The position numbers and the translations under genes were made by a program. A stretch of DNA of 64,000 bases from an uncultured virus (IMG/VR IMGVR_UViG_3300020381_000001) (taxonomy: Duplodnaviria; Heunggongvirae; Uroviricota; Caudoviricetes), in IMG/VR virus record IMGVR_UViG_3300020381_000001; one strand, 5' to 3'. The notes below the pieces were generated by a model. It ran no database searches. It was not told where the DNA came from and was given only the letters and a program-made list of their open reading frames with translations. Shown in pieces: positions 55,101 to 64,000 of this stretch (the stretch's first letter is position 1; every line of letters begins with the position of its first letter).

Positions 55101-56555
55101 ACTGTTGTAGCAATGGGTGCCACGGGTGCTATTCGTTCTAGTGGAGTTGCATTTGATGGTGGAGCACATGCAGGTAATGTACTGTTTGTCGAACAATTCA
55201 ATCACGGAATGTATTCAACATCTAATAAAGTAAAAATTAGGCAAATTGAATCTGATGTAGAACCAACTATAATAACTGCAGATTTAAGTAAAACCGAAAC
55301 ATCAATTATCAGTGTTGCATCAACATCTCAATTTACTAATTTTGAAGGAATAGCAGTCGGTGCTGCAAATACTGGATATGTGAAAGTTGGAAGTGAGATT
55401 ATAGGATATGAATCTGTTGGAACAGGTGTACTAAACATTGGTAATAGTCAGAGAGGTGTTGATAATACAGTTGTAATAGATCATTCACTTAATTCAGTAA
55501 TTAAAAAGCATGAAATTGCTGGAGTATCAATAAGAAGATTAGAGACAACTGATACAACAGGTCTTTCAGTAGTTGATTATCCTAGACAACCTATAGATCT
55601 TGATACTTATCATGTAACTTTTGATAGGTCTAAAAATGGAACAAATAGATCCACTGATACTGCTACTTCTCCTCAATTATCATTTACTCATGATGAATTT
55701 GTAGGTGGATCAAACGTAAGAGCAACCCAGAATATACTATACAGTGCTATAGTTCCGAGATATGATGTATTGACCCCTACTGGTGTGGAAGGTGCTGTAA
55801 CAGGCATACAGGCATCAATTAGAAGTGTTTCTGGTACAAGTGCGAGTGGAAATGAAGTATCATACTTAGATGATGGATTTCAAAATGTTCAACTTAATAC
55901 TATCAACACATTTGATAAAGTCAAATTAGTCGCATCTAAAATAAATGAGAATCAAAATTTAATCGGTCTACCATCAAATAAATCATTTACAACTGTTCTT
56001 AATTTAAATTCAAACGATGAAAATTTATCTCCTATGATACACTTAACTAGTGGTTCTGAAACTGAATTTATAGGTAATAGATTAGATAGACCAGTTAATT
56101 TAGAAAATTATGATAGTGATGGTCGTGTAAATTCAGTAATTGATGATCCTCATTCTGCAATTTACATGAGTAATAGAGTGAATCTTAAAAATCCTGCAAC
56201 ATCATTAAAAGTATTATTAAGTGCATTTAGACCTGAATCGTCAGACTTTAGAGTTCTTTATAGTTTAGTTAGACCAGATTCTAATGAAGTTGAACAATCA
56301 TTTGAACTATTTCCTGGTTTTAAAAATACTACAAAAACAAATAATGATGGTTTTATTGTAGATGATGAATCCAAAAATGATGGTAGACCTGATACAATAG
56401 TTACACCAAGTTTAGATAATCAATTTAAAGAATATCAATTTACTGTTGATAATCTACCTGAATTTATAGGATTTACAATTAAAATTGTAATGTCAGGAAC
56501 GAATCAGGCTCAACCTCCAAGAATTAAAGAATTGAGAGCAATTGCTGTTAAGTGA
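49167..56555 (+). CDS. Large virion structural protein (VrlC/DUF4815-like)
   Basis: LN.SPYYDDF...VL.KPG.PVQARELT..QSILQNQ, APGADRLKI, RTYDESGDY and DPLAQTF. Confidence 0.85.
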   Translation: MAQKINLNASPYYDDFDSEKNFHKVLYKPGFPVQARELTQQQSILQNQVEKFGDHVFKDGSVVIPGAVGFNIQNNAVKLNNTNFNTDISVYIKNFIGKRIKGSESGIEAVVKSVSLPDGGQVSDITLYVNYLSAGSDSQFSSFTDGESLSSNENIVYGNTTITANTPFASLISVDATAVGSAAFISKGVYFIRGFFVNVSDQSIILDHYTNTPSYRIGLQIEELIVNAKEDNSLFDNAKGFSNFAAPGADRLKIKLILTKKALTDKNDTDFIEVLRLDEGKLKIIETKSDYNKIRDWIAGRTYDESGDYSVEPFNMGLFNSLNDKLGNNGLFFEDEKTEQENTPSDDLMCLKVSAGEVYVRGYDIEKTGTTIIDVDKPRDVGIRSDIGVGFEMGNILKLNNVTKGTAVQGSIVKLFDNFNSTGTNIGSARVYSFNLEDSAYEDVTTKWELRLFDAQTNTDLVLNQSVSNTELPEGSFIKGKNSGASGFAVGAGGGSTVVSLNETSGSFNVGEQIQINGVDFPRTIGIKTEYAAQNIRSIGDGNNLKGDVVIEKFNLPNAITEVSVTAGIATASLSQGFKGLRKGSLVVYRKAGSTLDTFNTVSSINANGTITLALIPDSVAGVYDGSLTSGTEVVNMFLGAPVIRGTGALYVPLNPNIADVDLTESKIKITKQISKNASSNQLTINTSDITDVSDVIFDTFDQERYTMSTASNGSPLAITNDTFSYGTDGASVTFTNIAANDSKTVNVSLIKNKVKSKIKQYNRSQTLNVTRSKNAESGSVAGGNGGSIADGLTFDARYGLRVQDEEISLNYPDVAKFLAVYESTNASAPVLDKLTFTSTVAVQDNAIIGENIISQDSNIIARVVSSPSANTLEIVYLTSGKFQTGELVHFEESDINTNIESITIGKYKNVTNSFTLDKGQKDEFYDYSRLIRNRNVSEPSAQLLVVFDYYSVSSDDGDVFTVRSYDEERFSKDIPDIGEFNIRATDTLDFRPRVSVYNPATDTGSPFEFSTRDFSGTSILHYFTPNESSTASYSFYLGRQDTVYMNKFGEFVYEKGVSSLDPKPPTMVGELMELAKISLPPYLYNPQDATLTLIDNRRFTMRDIGNIEDRVTNLEETTTLSLLEVSAQTLQIQDEEGKNRFKSGLFADPFKNYNFISEDSLIQINPESEELIPFRTRDTLASQIKPAEITISSQLDFNTDFPLFDTNVKKTGNVVTLNYEEVEWITQPYATISGDTNDIINVNPYELPIFEGEVELDPAFDRWTRSTQLADHNIQQTGTTRNEIINLGEVRRQFLMGGGIRRDLSRFGLGTNERVQLGQTIVRSNTTVTRQNNLTSTSNDDFVRSRNIQFISEGFVDFVETYVFFDGQKIFDVIPKLLEITPTKNGSVSGSNGVYKIGEEVHALNEEGNVIMKFRLCQPDHKSGKYNNPSETYFNNPYTSGITEISSNYSQSSTVLNVDTKSLAEEAQGKYFGYVTKNAQLVGQESGATSYVKDIRLITDAYGDVLGSCFIRNPHTQPAPPVKIQTGVKEFKVTTSPTNENVEPTQKFGVITAEEQYDSRGTVEEWQTTVTTTTNTTNFLIRGTIRRRRRNVDPLAQTFIVGGNVNAPSAQDANKDKNGAFITAVEVYFATVDTVTNSPIRCEIRTTIADARPSMEVIGRSRTLKPKGTDANGNEVTLIEADPNEASKATKFTFPEPIYLEPGTSYSFVLLAPRSVAYNVWTGRHGGTAVNPSTITGANPGSSIIYSTQYGAGSIFKSQNGALWTEDQHQDMTFKLYKAKFTSQSGSAFFNNPDLDESNGYETSMIDNPLFTLSKTGSIGITTNLGMGSFLTPGRKICGGQNTSTAVITGVGCSVSTLTALPNIGGSNYTTDSDVETFAITGKGSGLKIDIDTIDSNGAITAVNTTPVVRGTGYQVGDVVGIVTSTVGTKGGQGEGAQITIGSIDGIDTLFLTNIQADNGSNGFQDGTQIKYFNDAGTVVAMGATGAIRSSGVAFDGGAHAGNVLFVEQFNHGMYSTSNKVKIRQIESDVEPTIITADLSKTETSIISVASTSQFTNFEGIAVGAANTGYVKVGSEIIGYESVGTGVLNIGNSQRGVDNTVVIDHSLNSVIKKHEIAGVSIRRLETTDTTGLSVVDYPRQPIDLDTYHVTFDRSKNGTNRSTDTATSPQLSFTHDEFVGGSNVRATQNILYSAIVPRYDVLTPTGVEGAVTGIQASIRSVSGTSASGNEVSYLDDGFQNVQLNTINTFDKVKLVASKINENQNLIGLPSNKSFTTVLNLNSNDENLSPMIHLTSGSETEFIGNRLDRPVNLENYDSDGRVNSVIDDPHSAIYMSNRVNLKNPATSLKVLLSAFRPESSDFRVLYSLVRPDSNEVEQSFELFPGFKNTTKTNNDGFIVDDESKNDGRPDTIVTPSLDNQFKEYQFTVDNLPEFIGFTIKIVMSGTNQAQPPRIKELRAIAVK

Positions 56556-56761
56556 TGATTAAAGTAGAAGGACATCCACATTTATACAGAGATGAAAAAA
56601 CAGGAGCAATTATAAATTGCGATGATATTGGATATGAACAGTATGTGAAATCTTTAAAAATTAGAAAAAATCAAAAAGAAGAAATAAAAAATATGAAAAA
56701 AGAGATTGATGAAATCAAGTCTTTACTCAAAATTTTAGTTGAGGGCAATAATAACACATAA
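56552..56761 (+). CDS. Small conserved protein with C-terminal coiled coil
   Basis: KVEGH..LYRD..TGAIIN.D... Confidence 0.75.
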   Translation: MMIKVEGHPHLYRDEKTGAIINCDDIGYEQYVKSLKIRKNQKEEIKNMKKEIDEIKSLLKILVEGNNNT

Positions 56762-56790
56762 ATATAATTAGCAAATATTATTTTAAGTAG

Positions 56791-57132
56791 ATGGCAGCTG
56801 TATATGTTTCGAATTTGGTTATCAATGCAGGATCAGATTTTAGTCAAACTTTCGATTTAGTAGAGAGTGATGATTCAGGTCCATTAAATTTGAGTGGATT
56901 TTCAGTCGCAGCTCAATTTAGAAAACATGCTGGTAGTACTTCAAAACATGATTTTACTACTACTGTAATGGATGCTTCTGAGGGAAAAATATTAATTTCT
57001 TTAACCGCATCAGCATCCAATGTACCTAAACCAGGTCGATATGTATATGATATTGTGATAACAAATGCAGCAAGTGAAAAAACAAGAGTCGTGGAGGGAT
57101 CCGTGCTCTTAAGAGAAGGAGTTACTCGATAA
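56791..57132 (+). CDS. Small virion structural protein
   Basis: NL.I..G.DF...PGRYVYD.......RVVEG; late promoter upstream. Confidence 0.75.
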   Translation: MAAVYVSNLVINAGSDFSQTFDLVESDDSGPLNLSGFSVAAQFRKHAGSTSKHDFTTTVMDASEGKILISLTASASNVPKPGRYVYDIVITNAASEKTRVVEGSVLLREGVTR

Positions 57133-57704
57133 TGCCAATTAAAGTCAGAGTTGGTCAATCAGATGCAATAAAAATACTATCCAGTGCTGGTGGTGGATCC
57201 GTTAGCGCTCAAACTGCTAAAAATGTTATAGGTGGTATTGCTTCTGTAACTCAGTTGAGTGTTTCTGGAATATCAACTTTTAATGGTAATATCAATGCAA
57301 TTGGAATTTCAACTTTTGTTAATTTAAATTCAACAAATTTAAATGTTGCAGGAATTTCAACTTTTGTAGGTATTGTAACCACAAATAATGATTTATTTGT
57401 TGGTGGGGATCTTTTTACTAAAGGTAATTTAGTTTTAGATAATATAATAGGTTCTTCTCTAAATATCACAGGATTATCTACTTTTGTTGGTAATGCTCAA
57501 TTTAACGGTAATGTTTCTATTGCAGGAACTCTTACTTATGAAGATGTAACTAACATAGATGCAGTGGGTCTTATTACTGCTAGAACAGGAGTAAGAATAA
57601 CAACTGGTGGATTAATTGTAAATGCAGGTGTTTCTACTTTCAATGCAGGTGTTACTGTTGCTGGAATATTAACTGCAGGACTTATAGATGGGGGTGTATT
57701 TTAA
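57132..57704 (+). CDS. Fibre-like structural protein (GISTF repeats)
   Basis: Repeated VSGISTF/VAGISTF and GTLTYEDVTNIDAVG. Confidence 0.7.
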   Translation: MPIKVRVGQSDAIKILSSAGGGSVSAQTAKNVIGGIASVTQLSVSGISTFNGNINAIGISTFVNLNSTNLNVAGISTFVGIVTTNNDLFVGGDLFTKGNLVLDNIIGSSLNITGLSTFVGNAQFNGNVSIAGTLTYEDVTNIDAVGLITARTGVRITTGGLIVNAGVSTFNAGVTVAGILTAGLIDGGVF

Positions 57705-58549
57705 TGGCTAAACCAAGTACTAGACAAGGACTTATTGACTACTGTTTTCGAAAATTAGGTGCACCAGTTTTAGAAATAAACGTAGATGATGATCAGGCAG
57801 ATGATTTAATTGATGATGCTCTCCAATTATTTAATGAGAGACATTTTGATGGTATTGAGAGAATGTACCTTAAGTACAAACTAACTCAGGAAGATATAGA
57901 TCGTGGAAAAGCTAATGGAACTTCAGGAGTTGGAATTGTTACTACTACTGGAAATTCTACAAGTATCACTGGTTTAGGAACCGTTACTTCAAATTTCTAC
58001 GAAACATCTAATTTTATTCAAGTTCCTGATTCGGTTGTTGGAATTGATAGAATATTTAAATTTGACACTAGTTCAATATCTGGTGGTATGTTTAGTATAA
58101 AATATCAGTTATTTTTAAATGATTTATACTATTTTAATTCAGTCAATTTACTTCAATATTCAATGACAAAAAGTTATCTTGAAGATATTGATCACTTACT
58201 TACAACAGATAAACAAATAAGATTTAACAAGAGGCAAAATAGATTATACTTAGATATTGATTGGGCTGCACAAGAAGTAGGAACATTCTTAGTAATTCAA
58301 TGTGATAGAATTTTAGATCCTGATAATTTTACTGGTGTTTATAACGATAGTTTCTTAAAATTATATCTCACATCATTAATAAAGAGACAATGGGGTCAAA
58401 ACTTAATTAAGTTTCAGGGTGTCAAACTTCCTGGTGGTTTAGAATTAAATGGCAGACAGATTTATGATGATGCTGAAAAAGAATTGGAAAGTATTAGAGA
58501 AAGACTTATTTCAGAATATGAGTTACCACCTCTCGATTTTATAGGATAG
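57704..58549 (+). CDS. gp13: Neck protein gp13
   Basis: YC.R.LGAPVLEINV...QWGQNL.KF.GV.LPGG..LNG. Confidence 0.95.
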   Translation: MAKPSTRQGLIDYCFRKLGAPVLEINVDDDQADDLIDDALQLFNERHFDGIERMYLKYKLTQEDIDRGKANGTSGVGIVTTTGNSTSITGLGTVTSNFYETSNFIQVPDSVVGIDRIFKFDTSSISGGMFSIKYQLFLNDLYYFNSVNLLQYSMTKSYLEDIDHLLTTDKQIRFNKRQNRLYLDIDWAAQEVGTFLVIQCDRILDPDNFTGVYNDSFLKLYLTSLIKRQWGQNLIKFQGVKLPGGLELNGRQIYDDAEKELESIRERLISEYELPPLDFIG

Positions 58550-58555
58550 TCAATA

Positions 58556-59986
58556 ATGGCATTAAATCCCTTTTTTCTACAAGGATCACAAAGTGAGCAA
58601 AGACTTGTTCAAGATCTTATCAATGAACAACTAAAAATGTATGGTGTTGAGGTAATGTATTTACCTCGTAGAATAGTCAATAAAGATAGTATTTTTACTG
58701 AAATACAATCATCAAAATTTAGTGATAATTTTGCAATTGAAGCATATGTGAATACTTTTGATGGATATGGTGGTGCTGGTGATATCATGACCAAATTTGG
58801 AATGAGTTTGAAGGATGAACTTATAGTTACAATATCAAAAGAAAGATTTGAAGATTTTATTTCTCCATTTTTAGAAGGTTTGCCAGAGGGTGAGATAGAA
58901 GTTACAAGTAGACCAAGTGAGGGAGATTTAATTTATTTTCCTTTAGGTAGAAGAATTTTTGAAATTAAATTTGTAGAACATGAAAAACCTTTTTATCAAC
59001 TAGGTAAAAATTATGTTTACGAACTTAGATGTGAACTATTTGAACTTGAAGATGAGATGGGAGGATGGAATCAACTCAGTACAACATCTGATGAGATTGA
59101 TGATGCACTTGTGGATCAAGGATATATTACGTCACTGCAACTTATATCAATTGGTTCAACAGCAACTTTAGGTGTAAATACAGCAACTGGATATGTTAGA
59201 AAGATATTCTTAAATGAAGACGGATATGATTATACGAAAATACCAACTGTTGCAATAGGAACTGCACCTTCGGGAGGAACAAATGCAACTGCTGTTGCAA
59301 TTACAACATCAATAAATGGTGTTAATTCAGTTAAAGAAATACTAATTGTAAATCCTGGTGCTGGATATACGATGACTCCTTCAGTAACAATTGTCAGTGC
59401 TGCATCAACAGTTTTAGGAGTTGGAAGTACATCTTATGGTGTAGGTGCTGCTGCAACAGCATTATTGGTTACAAATAGTGCTGGTATTGGAACTGTTACA
59501 ATTACATCAGGTGGAGATGGGTATCCAACAGCACCAAATCTATTCTTTACAACTCCTACATCTGGAGTTGGAACTGCTACTGGAAGAGTTTTAGTTAGTG
59601 TTGGTAATACTGTCAATCAAGTTCTTATTTCGGATGCTGGTATTGGATATACTAGTGGAACTGGAATTGCAACAATTTCCTCTCCACCTGTTGTTACAGG
59701 TATTGGAACTTATCAATTTAATGAACTTGTAACAGGTTCAAAATCTAGTGCAACTGCAAGAGTCAAGTCTTGGAATGTAACTACAAATACATTGAAACTG
59801 GGAACAACAAATGGAACTTTTGTTGCAGGTGATATAATAGTTGGATCTACATCATCAGCAAGTTACACTGTTGATTTTATTGAGTCTGCAGAATTTGCTG
59901 ATAAATATGATAAAGGTGATGAAATCGAAACAGAAGCTGATGCAATTATCGATTTCTCAGAAAATAATCCATTTGGTACATTTTAA
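58556..59986 (+). CDS. gp14: Neck protein gp14
   Basis: EQ.LVQDLI.E....G..V.YLPR...RP.EGDLIYFP...FYQLGK...DFSE.NPFG. Confidence 0.93.
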   Translation: MALNPFFLQGSQSEQRLVQDLINEQLKMYGVEVMYLPRRIVNKDSIFTEIQSSKFSDNFAIEAYVNTFDGYGGAGDIMTKFGMSLKDELIVTISKERFEDFISPFLEGLPEGEIEVTSRPSEGDLIYFPLGRRIFEIKFVEHEKPFYQLGKNYVYELRCELFELEDEMGGWNQLSTTSDEIDDALVDQGYITSLQLISIGSTATLGVNTATGYVRKIFLNEDGYDYTKIPTVAIGTAPSGGTNATAVAITTSINGVNSVKEILIVNPGAGYTMTPSVTIVSAASTVLGVGSTSYGVGAAATALLVTNSAGIGTVTITSGGDGYPTAPNLFFTTPTSGVGTATGRVLVSVGNTVNQVLISDAGIGYTSGTGIATISSPPVVTGIGTYQFNELVTGSKSSATARVKSWNVTTNTLKLGTTNGTFVAGDIIVGSTSSASYTVDFIESAEFADKYDKGDEIETEADAIIDFSENNPFGTF

Positions 59987-60783
59987 TGTTGGGAACTTAT
60001 TACTATCACGAAATAATTAGAAAGACAATTGTTACTTTTGGAACACTTTTTAATGCTATTAATATTCGTCATGATGACAGTGCAGGTAATACTTATAGTG
60101 AATTAAAAGTTCCGTTGGCATATGGTCCTTCACAAAAATTTCTTGCAAGATTGGAACAACAGGCAGATTTGAATAAACCTGTTGGTATTACTTTACCTAG
60201 GATGTCCTTCGAGATGAATAATGTTAGTTATGATTCTTCTAGAAAAACTGGAATTACTCAAACATTTAAAGCATCTGATGGAAATAATATAAAAAAAGTT
60301 TTTATGCCTGTTCCATATAACATTGGATTTGAATTAAACATACTTGCAAAATTGAATGATGATGCACTGCAAATTGTTGAGCAAATATTACCATACTTTC
60401 AACCATCATTCAATCTTACAGTGGATTTGGTAAAAGAAATAGGAGAAAAAAGAGATATACCGATAGTTTTGGATAGCATAAATTTTCAAGATGATTATGA
60501 AGGTGATTTTTCTACACGAAGAGCATTAATATACACATTAGGATTCACTGCAAAAACATACTTATTTGGTCCTGTTGCAGAATCCTCAGAAGGTCTCATT
60601 AAGAAAGTTCAAGTTGATTATAGTACAAACACTGATGTCAAAAATGCAAAACGTGAGATGAGATATACAGTTACTCCAGATCCTGTTGATGCTGGTCCAG
60701 ATGATGATTTTGGATTTAGTGAAACTTCAGCAGTTTTCTCAGATTCTAAAACTTACAGTCCTACAAGGCAAACTGATATCTAA
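59986..60783 (+). CDS. gp15: Tail sheath stabilizer/completion protein gp15
   Basis: FG.LFN.I...VPLAYGP..KFL.R...LPRMSFE...EQILPYFQP. Confidence 0.95.
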   Translation: MLGTYYYHEIIRKTIVTFGTLFNAINIRHDDSAGNTYSELKVPLAYGPSQKFLARLEQQADLNKPVGITLPRMSFEMNNVSYDSSRKTGITQTFKASDGNNIKKVFMPVPYNIGFELNILAKLNDDALQIVEQILPYFQPSFNLTVDLVKEIGEKRDIPIVLDSINFQDDYEGDFSTRRALIYTLGFTAKTYLFGPVAESSEGLIKKVQVDYSTNTDVKNAKREMRYTVTPDPVDAGPDDDFGFSETSAVFSDSKTYSPTRQTDI

Positions 60784-61238
60784 TGACTAATTATGATCCT
60801 ATTGACGAGGCTTTAAATATAAAGTCCGAAATTATTCCAACACCAGAGGATGTTGTTTCTAAAAAGAAAAATCAAATTAAAAAAGTTGAAGGACAAGATG
60901 TAGGTAAAGATTATGACTATACAAGAGGTAATTTATATTCATTAATAGAAAAAGGTCAAGAAGCAATTAATGGTATCATGGAAGTTGCTGGTGAGACTGC
61001 AAGTCCTAGAGCATATGAAGTTGCAGGACAGTTAATTAAATCTGTGGCAGATACGACTGATAAATTAATGGATTTACAGAAAAAAGTAAAAGAAGTTGAT
61101 GAAGAAAATAATAAAACTACAAATAATGTTACAAATAATGCACTATTTGTTGGTTCAACATCCGAGTTATCAAAAATGCTGAAACAAGGAATTCTAAATA
61201 ATAAGGAGAAATCTACTCGTAATAATGAAAAAGTGTAA
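60783..61238 (+). CDS. gp16: Terminase small subunit gp16
   Basis: DYDYTR.NL...PRAYEV...LFVGST.EL. Confidence 0.93.
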   Translation: MTNYDPIDEALNIKSEIIPTPEDVVSKKKNQIKKVEGQDVGKDYDYTRGNLYSLIEKGQEAINGIMEVAGETASPRAYEVAGQLIKSVADTTDKLMDLQKKVKEVDEENNKTTNNVTNNALFVGSTSELSKMLKQGILNNKEKSTRNNEKV

Positions 61239-62985
61239 ATCTGGATACTATTATTGTAACACCGATAAGAAATGTAAACCAATTCCAAAGGGTTATCGAA
61301 TTGGTTATGGTGGATATTTACGTAATGAAAAAGATGATGATAGTAATGGTAAAAAGAAAAATGGTAATGGAAATGGTAATGGTGGTAATGGAAATGGAAA
61401 TGGAAATGGAAATGGTGGTAATGGAAATGGTGGAGGAAATGGTGGCGGGATGTCTGAAGGTTCTCTACATAAATGGTTCAAAGGTTCTAAATCCAAAGAT
61501 GGAAAAGGTGGTTGGGTCAATGTAGTCACAGGTGGAACTTGTGCTAGTGATGAACCAGGTGAAGGAACACCGAAATGTGTATCTTCTTCAAAGAGAGCAA
61601 GTATGACAAAGGCAGAAAGACTCTCTGCATCAAGAAGAAAAAAGAAAGCAGATCCAGGTCAACAATCAAAAACTGGTGCTGCAAAACCAACTTACGTATC
61701 TACTGACAAAAAGAAAATGAAAGAAGAAATTCAAATCACTGAAGCAGACAAAAAAGGCAAAGGTAGTGGAAAGAAAGATGCTTGCTATCATAAGGTAAAA
61801 GCAAGTGCAAGTGTTTGGCCTTCTGCATACGCATCTGGTAGATTAGTTCAGTGCCGTAAGAAGGGTGCTGCTAACTATGGTAATAGTAAGAAGGAAGAGT
61901 TTGAACCATCAGGAGTTTTATTTCAACAGTTTGTAGAGAAATGTTGGGATGGATATAAAGCTTATGGTATGAAGAAAAAGGGTGGCAAGATGGTTCCTAA
62001 CTGTAAACCTGTTGGAAGTGTTAAAAAGGAAGAAGTTCAGAGAGATGAATACGGTGATCCAATTGGAGGTCCAAAGATCTCAAAGAAACAGAAGGCAAAA
62101 AATCTTGCAATGAATGAACCTGATAAGCAACATACTACAGATACTTCTGAAGGTATGGCATATGGTATCTCTAGAGGATCAGGTAAACCATCAGGTGCAA
62201 TGTCTGCATTTGGTAAAAAGAAAAAGGAGAATCCTTATTCACTCAAGAATAAGTTGAAGATGGTAATCAAAGGTGCTGCCGAGAAGCAAAGAGCAAAGGC
62301 AGGTGTAACAAGTGAAGAAATTATTTCTGAAAGACAAAAGGACAGTGACAATCAAAGATTAAGTCAGGAACGTGGTCGTTCTAACTATGGTAAAGCATCT
62401 GTCAGAAACGTAAGAGCAACAGGTACAGGTGGTAATGCTGCTGATCCTGCTGAGAGACTTGTGGCAATGGACGCAAGACATAAAGCACATAAAGAAAAAC
62501 GTGGTGTTAAAACAAAAGTGAAAGAAGAGGTTGGTATTACCACTCATTCTATGATGATGAAAGATAATGCAAAGAAGGAGGCAATGCTTAGAAAGAAAGA
62601 ACAAGAAGCAGTATCTAAGAAGATGAAGAAAGAGGAAATAATTACTTTACAGGATGCCAATGGTAATGATTTTGTAGAAATTATTGATGTAATTTCAGCA
62701 AAAAAAGTGCAATCTGATTGGAGAAATGAATTGGATGAGGGGGCAGCATGGACAAAAAAATCTGGTAAGAATAAGGAAGGTGGTTTAAATGAGAAAGGAA
62801 GAAAGTCTTATGAAAGAGATAATCCTGGTTCTGACTTAAAAGCACCAAGTAAAAAGGTTGGAAATCCTCGTAGAGCATCATTCTGTGCTCGTATGAAGGG
62901 AATGAAAAAGAAATTAACAAGTGCAAAAACTGCGAGTGATCCAGATTCAAGAATTAATAAGTCACTTCGTAAGTGGAACTGCTGA
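61225..62985 (+). CDS. Modular, lysine-rich protein between gp16 and gp17 (possible head-packaged polyprotein)
   Basis: Cys-containing basic modules separated by xxE/EE junctions; G/N low-complexity tract near 61345-61449. Confidence 0.7.
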   Translation: MKKCKSGYYYCNTDKKCKPIPKGYRIGYGGYLRNEKDDDSNGKKKNGNGNGNGGNGNGNGNGNGGNGNGGGNGGGMSEGSLHKWFKGSKSKDGKGGWVNVVTGGTCASDEPGEGTPKCVSSSKRASMTKAERLSASRRKKKADPGQQSKTGAAKPTYVSTDKKKMKEEIQITEADKKGKGSGKKDACYHKVKASASVWPSAYASGRLVQCRKKGAANYGNSKKEEFEPSGVLFQQFVEKCWDGYKAYGMKKKGGKMVPNCKPVGSVKKEEVQRDEYGDPIGGPKISKKQKAKNLAMNEPDKQHTTDTSEGMAYGISRGSGKPSGAMSAFGKKKKENPYSLKNKLKMVIKGAAEKQRAKAGVTSEEIISERQKDSDNQRLSQERGRSNYGKASVRNVRATGTGGNAADPAERLVAMDARHKAHKEKRGVKTKVKEEVGITTHSMMMKDNAKKEAMLRKKEQEAVSKKMKKEEIITLQDANGNDFVEIIDVISAKKVQSDWRNELDEGAAWTKKSGKNKEGGLNEKGRKSYERDNPGSDLKAPSKKVGNPRRASFCARMKGMKKKLTSAKTASDPDSRINKSLRKWNC

Positions 62986-62991
62986 TAAATT

Positions 62992-64000
62992 ATGAATGAT
63001 AATGTATACCTTGGCAATCCAAATTTAAAAAAAGCAAATACTCCTCATGAATTTACTGAGGAGCAGGTCATTGAATTTATTAAGTGTAAGAATGATCCTG
63101 TTTATTTTGCAAAAAATTATATAAAAATCGTTTCTCTAGATGAAGGATTAACACAGTTTCATCCTTATGATTTTCAAGAGAAATTAATTAGAAATTTTCA
63201 CGAAAATAGATTCAATATATGTAAAATGCCTAGACAGACTGGTAAATCTACCACATCTGTTTCATATCTTTTACATTATGCTGTTTTTAATGACAGTGCT
63301 AATATTGGTATTCTTGCTAACAAGGCAGCAACTGCCAGAGATTTACTAGGTAGATTACAGACTGCATATGAGAATTTACCTAAATGGATGCAACAGGGCA
63401 TTATTGCTTGGAATAAAGGATCACTGGAGTTAGAAAATGGATCTAAAATACTGGCGGCATCTACCTCTGCCTCTGCAGTTCGAGGTATGTCTTTTAACAT
63501 TCTTTTTCTGGACGAGTTTGCCTTTGTTCCTAACCATATTGCTGAGTCATTCTTTGCCTCAGTATATCCTACTATCACTTCTGGTAAAAACACCAAAGTT
63601 ATAATGGTCTCAACCCCTCACGGGATGAATCATTTTTATAGGTACTGGCATGATGCCGAAAGAGGAAAGAACGAATATATTCCAACAGATGTTCATTGGT
63701 CTGAAGTGCCAGGTAGAGATGGTGTTTGGAAACAACAAACAATTGCAAACACATCAGAACAACAGTTCAAAGTCGAGTTTGAATGTGAATTTCTTGGATC
63801 AATTAATACTTTAATAAGTCCTGCCATATTAAGAAATATGGTATATGACTCTCCAATTGCAAAGAATGCAGGATTAGATATTTACGAAAATCCAATAAAA
63901 GATCATAATTACATACTCACAGTTGACGTTGCAAGAGGACTTGGAAATGATTATTCTGCATTTATAGTTTTTGATGTAACACAATTTCCTTATAAGGTTG
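62992..64000 (+). CDS. gp17: Terminase large subunit gp17 (3'-truncated by the window; absent from the ORF track)
   Basis: MNDNVYLGNPNLKKAN..., Walker A PRQTGKST, Walker B FLDEFAF, nuclease VDVARG. Confidence 0.95.
   Translation, partial: MNDNVYLGNPNLKKANTPHEFTEEQVIEFIKCKNDPVYFAKNYIKIVSLDEGLTQFHPYDFQEKLIRNFHENRFNICKMPRQTGKSTTSVSYLLHYAVFNDSANIGILANKAATARDLLGRLQTAYENLPKWMQQGIIAWNKGSLELENGSKILAASTSASAVRGMSFNILFLDEFAFVPNHIAESFFASVYPTITSGKNTKVIMVSTPHGMNHFYRYWHDAERGKNEYIPTDVHWSEVPGRDGVWKQQTIANTSEQQFKVEFECEFLGSINTLISPAILRNMVYDSPIAKNAGLDIYENPIKDHNYILTVDVARGLGNDYSAFIVFDVTQFPYKV

Noticed and set aside
61345..61449. (AATGGW)n tandem repeat as an independent element
   Set aside because: It is explained as an in-frame Gly-Asn low-complexity linker.
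897..63596. Numerous 60-170 aa minus-strand and alternate-frame ORFs in the track
   Set aside because: They are shadows of long plus-strand genes, with no RBS or promoter and with compositions mirroring the real frame.
62992..64000. Intein or intron in the terminase large subunit
   Set aside because: Walker A, Walker B and the first nuclease motif follow at normal spacing up to the window edge.

Overview
This window is 64 kb of an AT-rich T4-like cyanomyophage genome (Kyanoviridae-type, probably infecting Prochlorococcus or Synechococcus). The assignment rests on T4-type gp25/gp6/gp7/gp8/gp13-gp17, a CP12 gene and several 2OG-Fe(II) oxygenases. It has three blocks. (1) 1-17.55 kb: tail-fibre/adhesin module with S74 chaperone domains and interspersed oxygenases, closed by a strong terminator. 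(2) 17.6-30.2 kb: early/accessory region with a helicase-nuclease-methyltransferase cluster, CP12, an ArdA-like gene and about 30 small ORFs. (3) 30.2-64 kb: conserved genes, then baseplate, neck, tail-completion and terminase genes. The most striking unexplained structure is in block 2. Twelve copies of a 22-bp palindrome (GTGMCA-N10-TGKCAC) each sit 29-31 bp upstream of a -10 box that lacks a consensus -35. One copy serves two divergent -10 boxes at exactly 30 bp on each side. Three of these promoters open onto structured, ORF-less RNAs, including a ~60-nt sRNA candidate with a Yfr1-like/anti-SD loop. Nearby is an origin-like locus with divergent sigma70 promoters and helically phased CTCGAC(G/T)AGA repeats. 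All product calls come from recognising motifs by eye; no database search was run.
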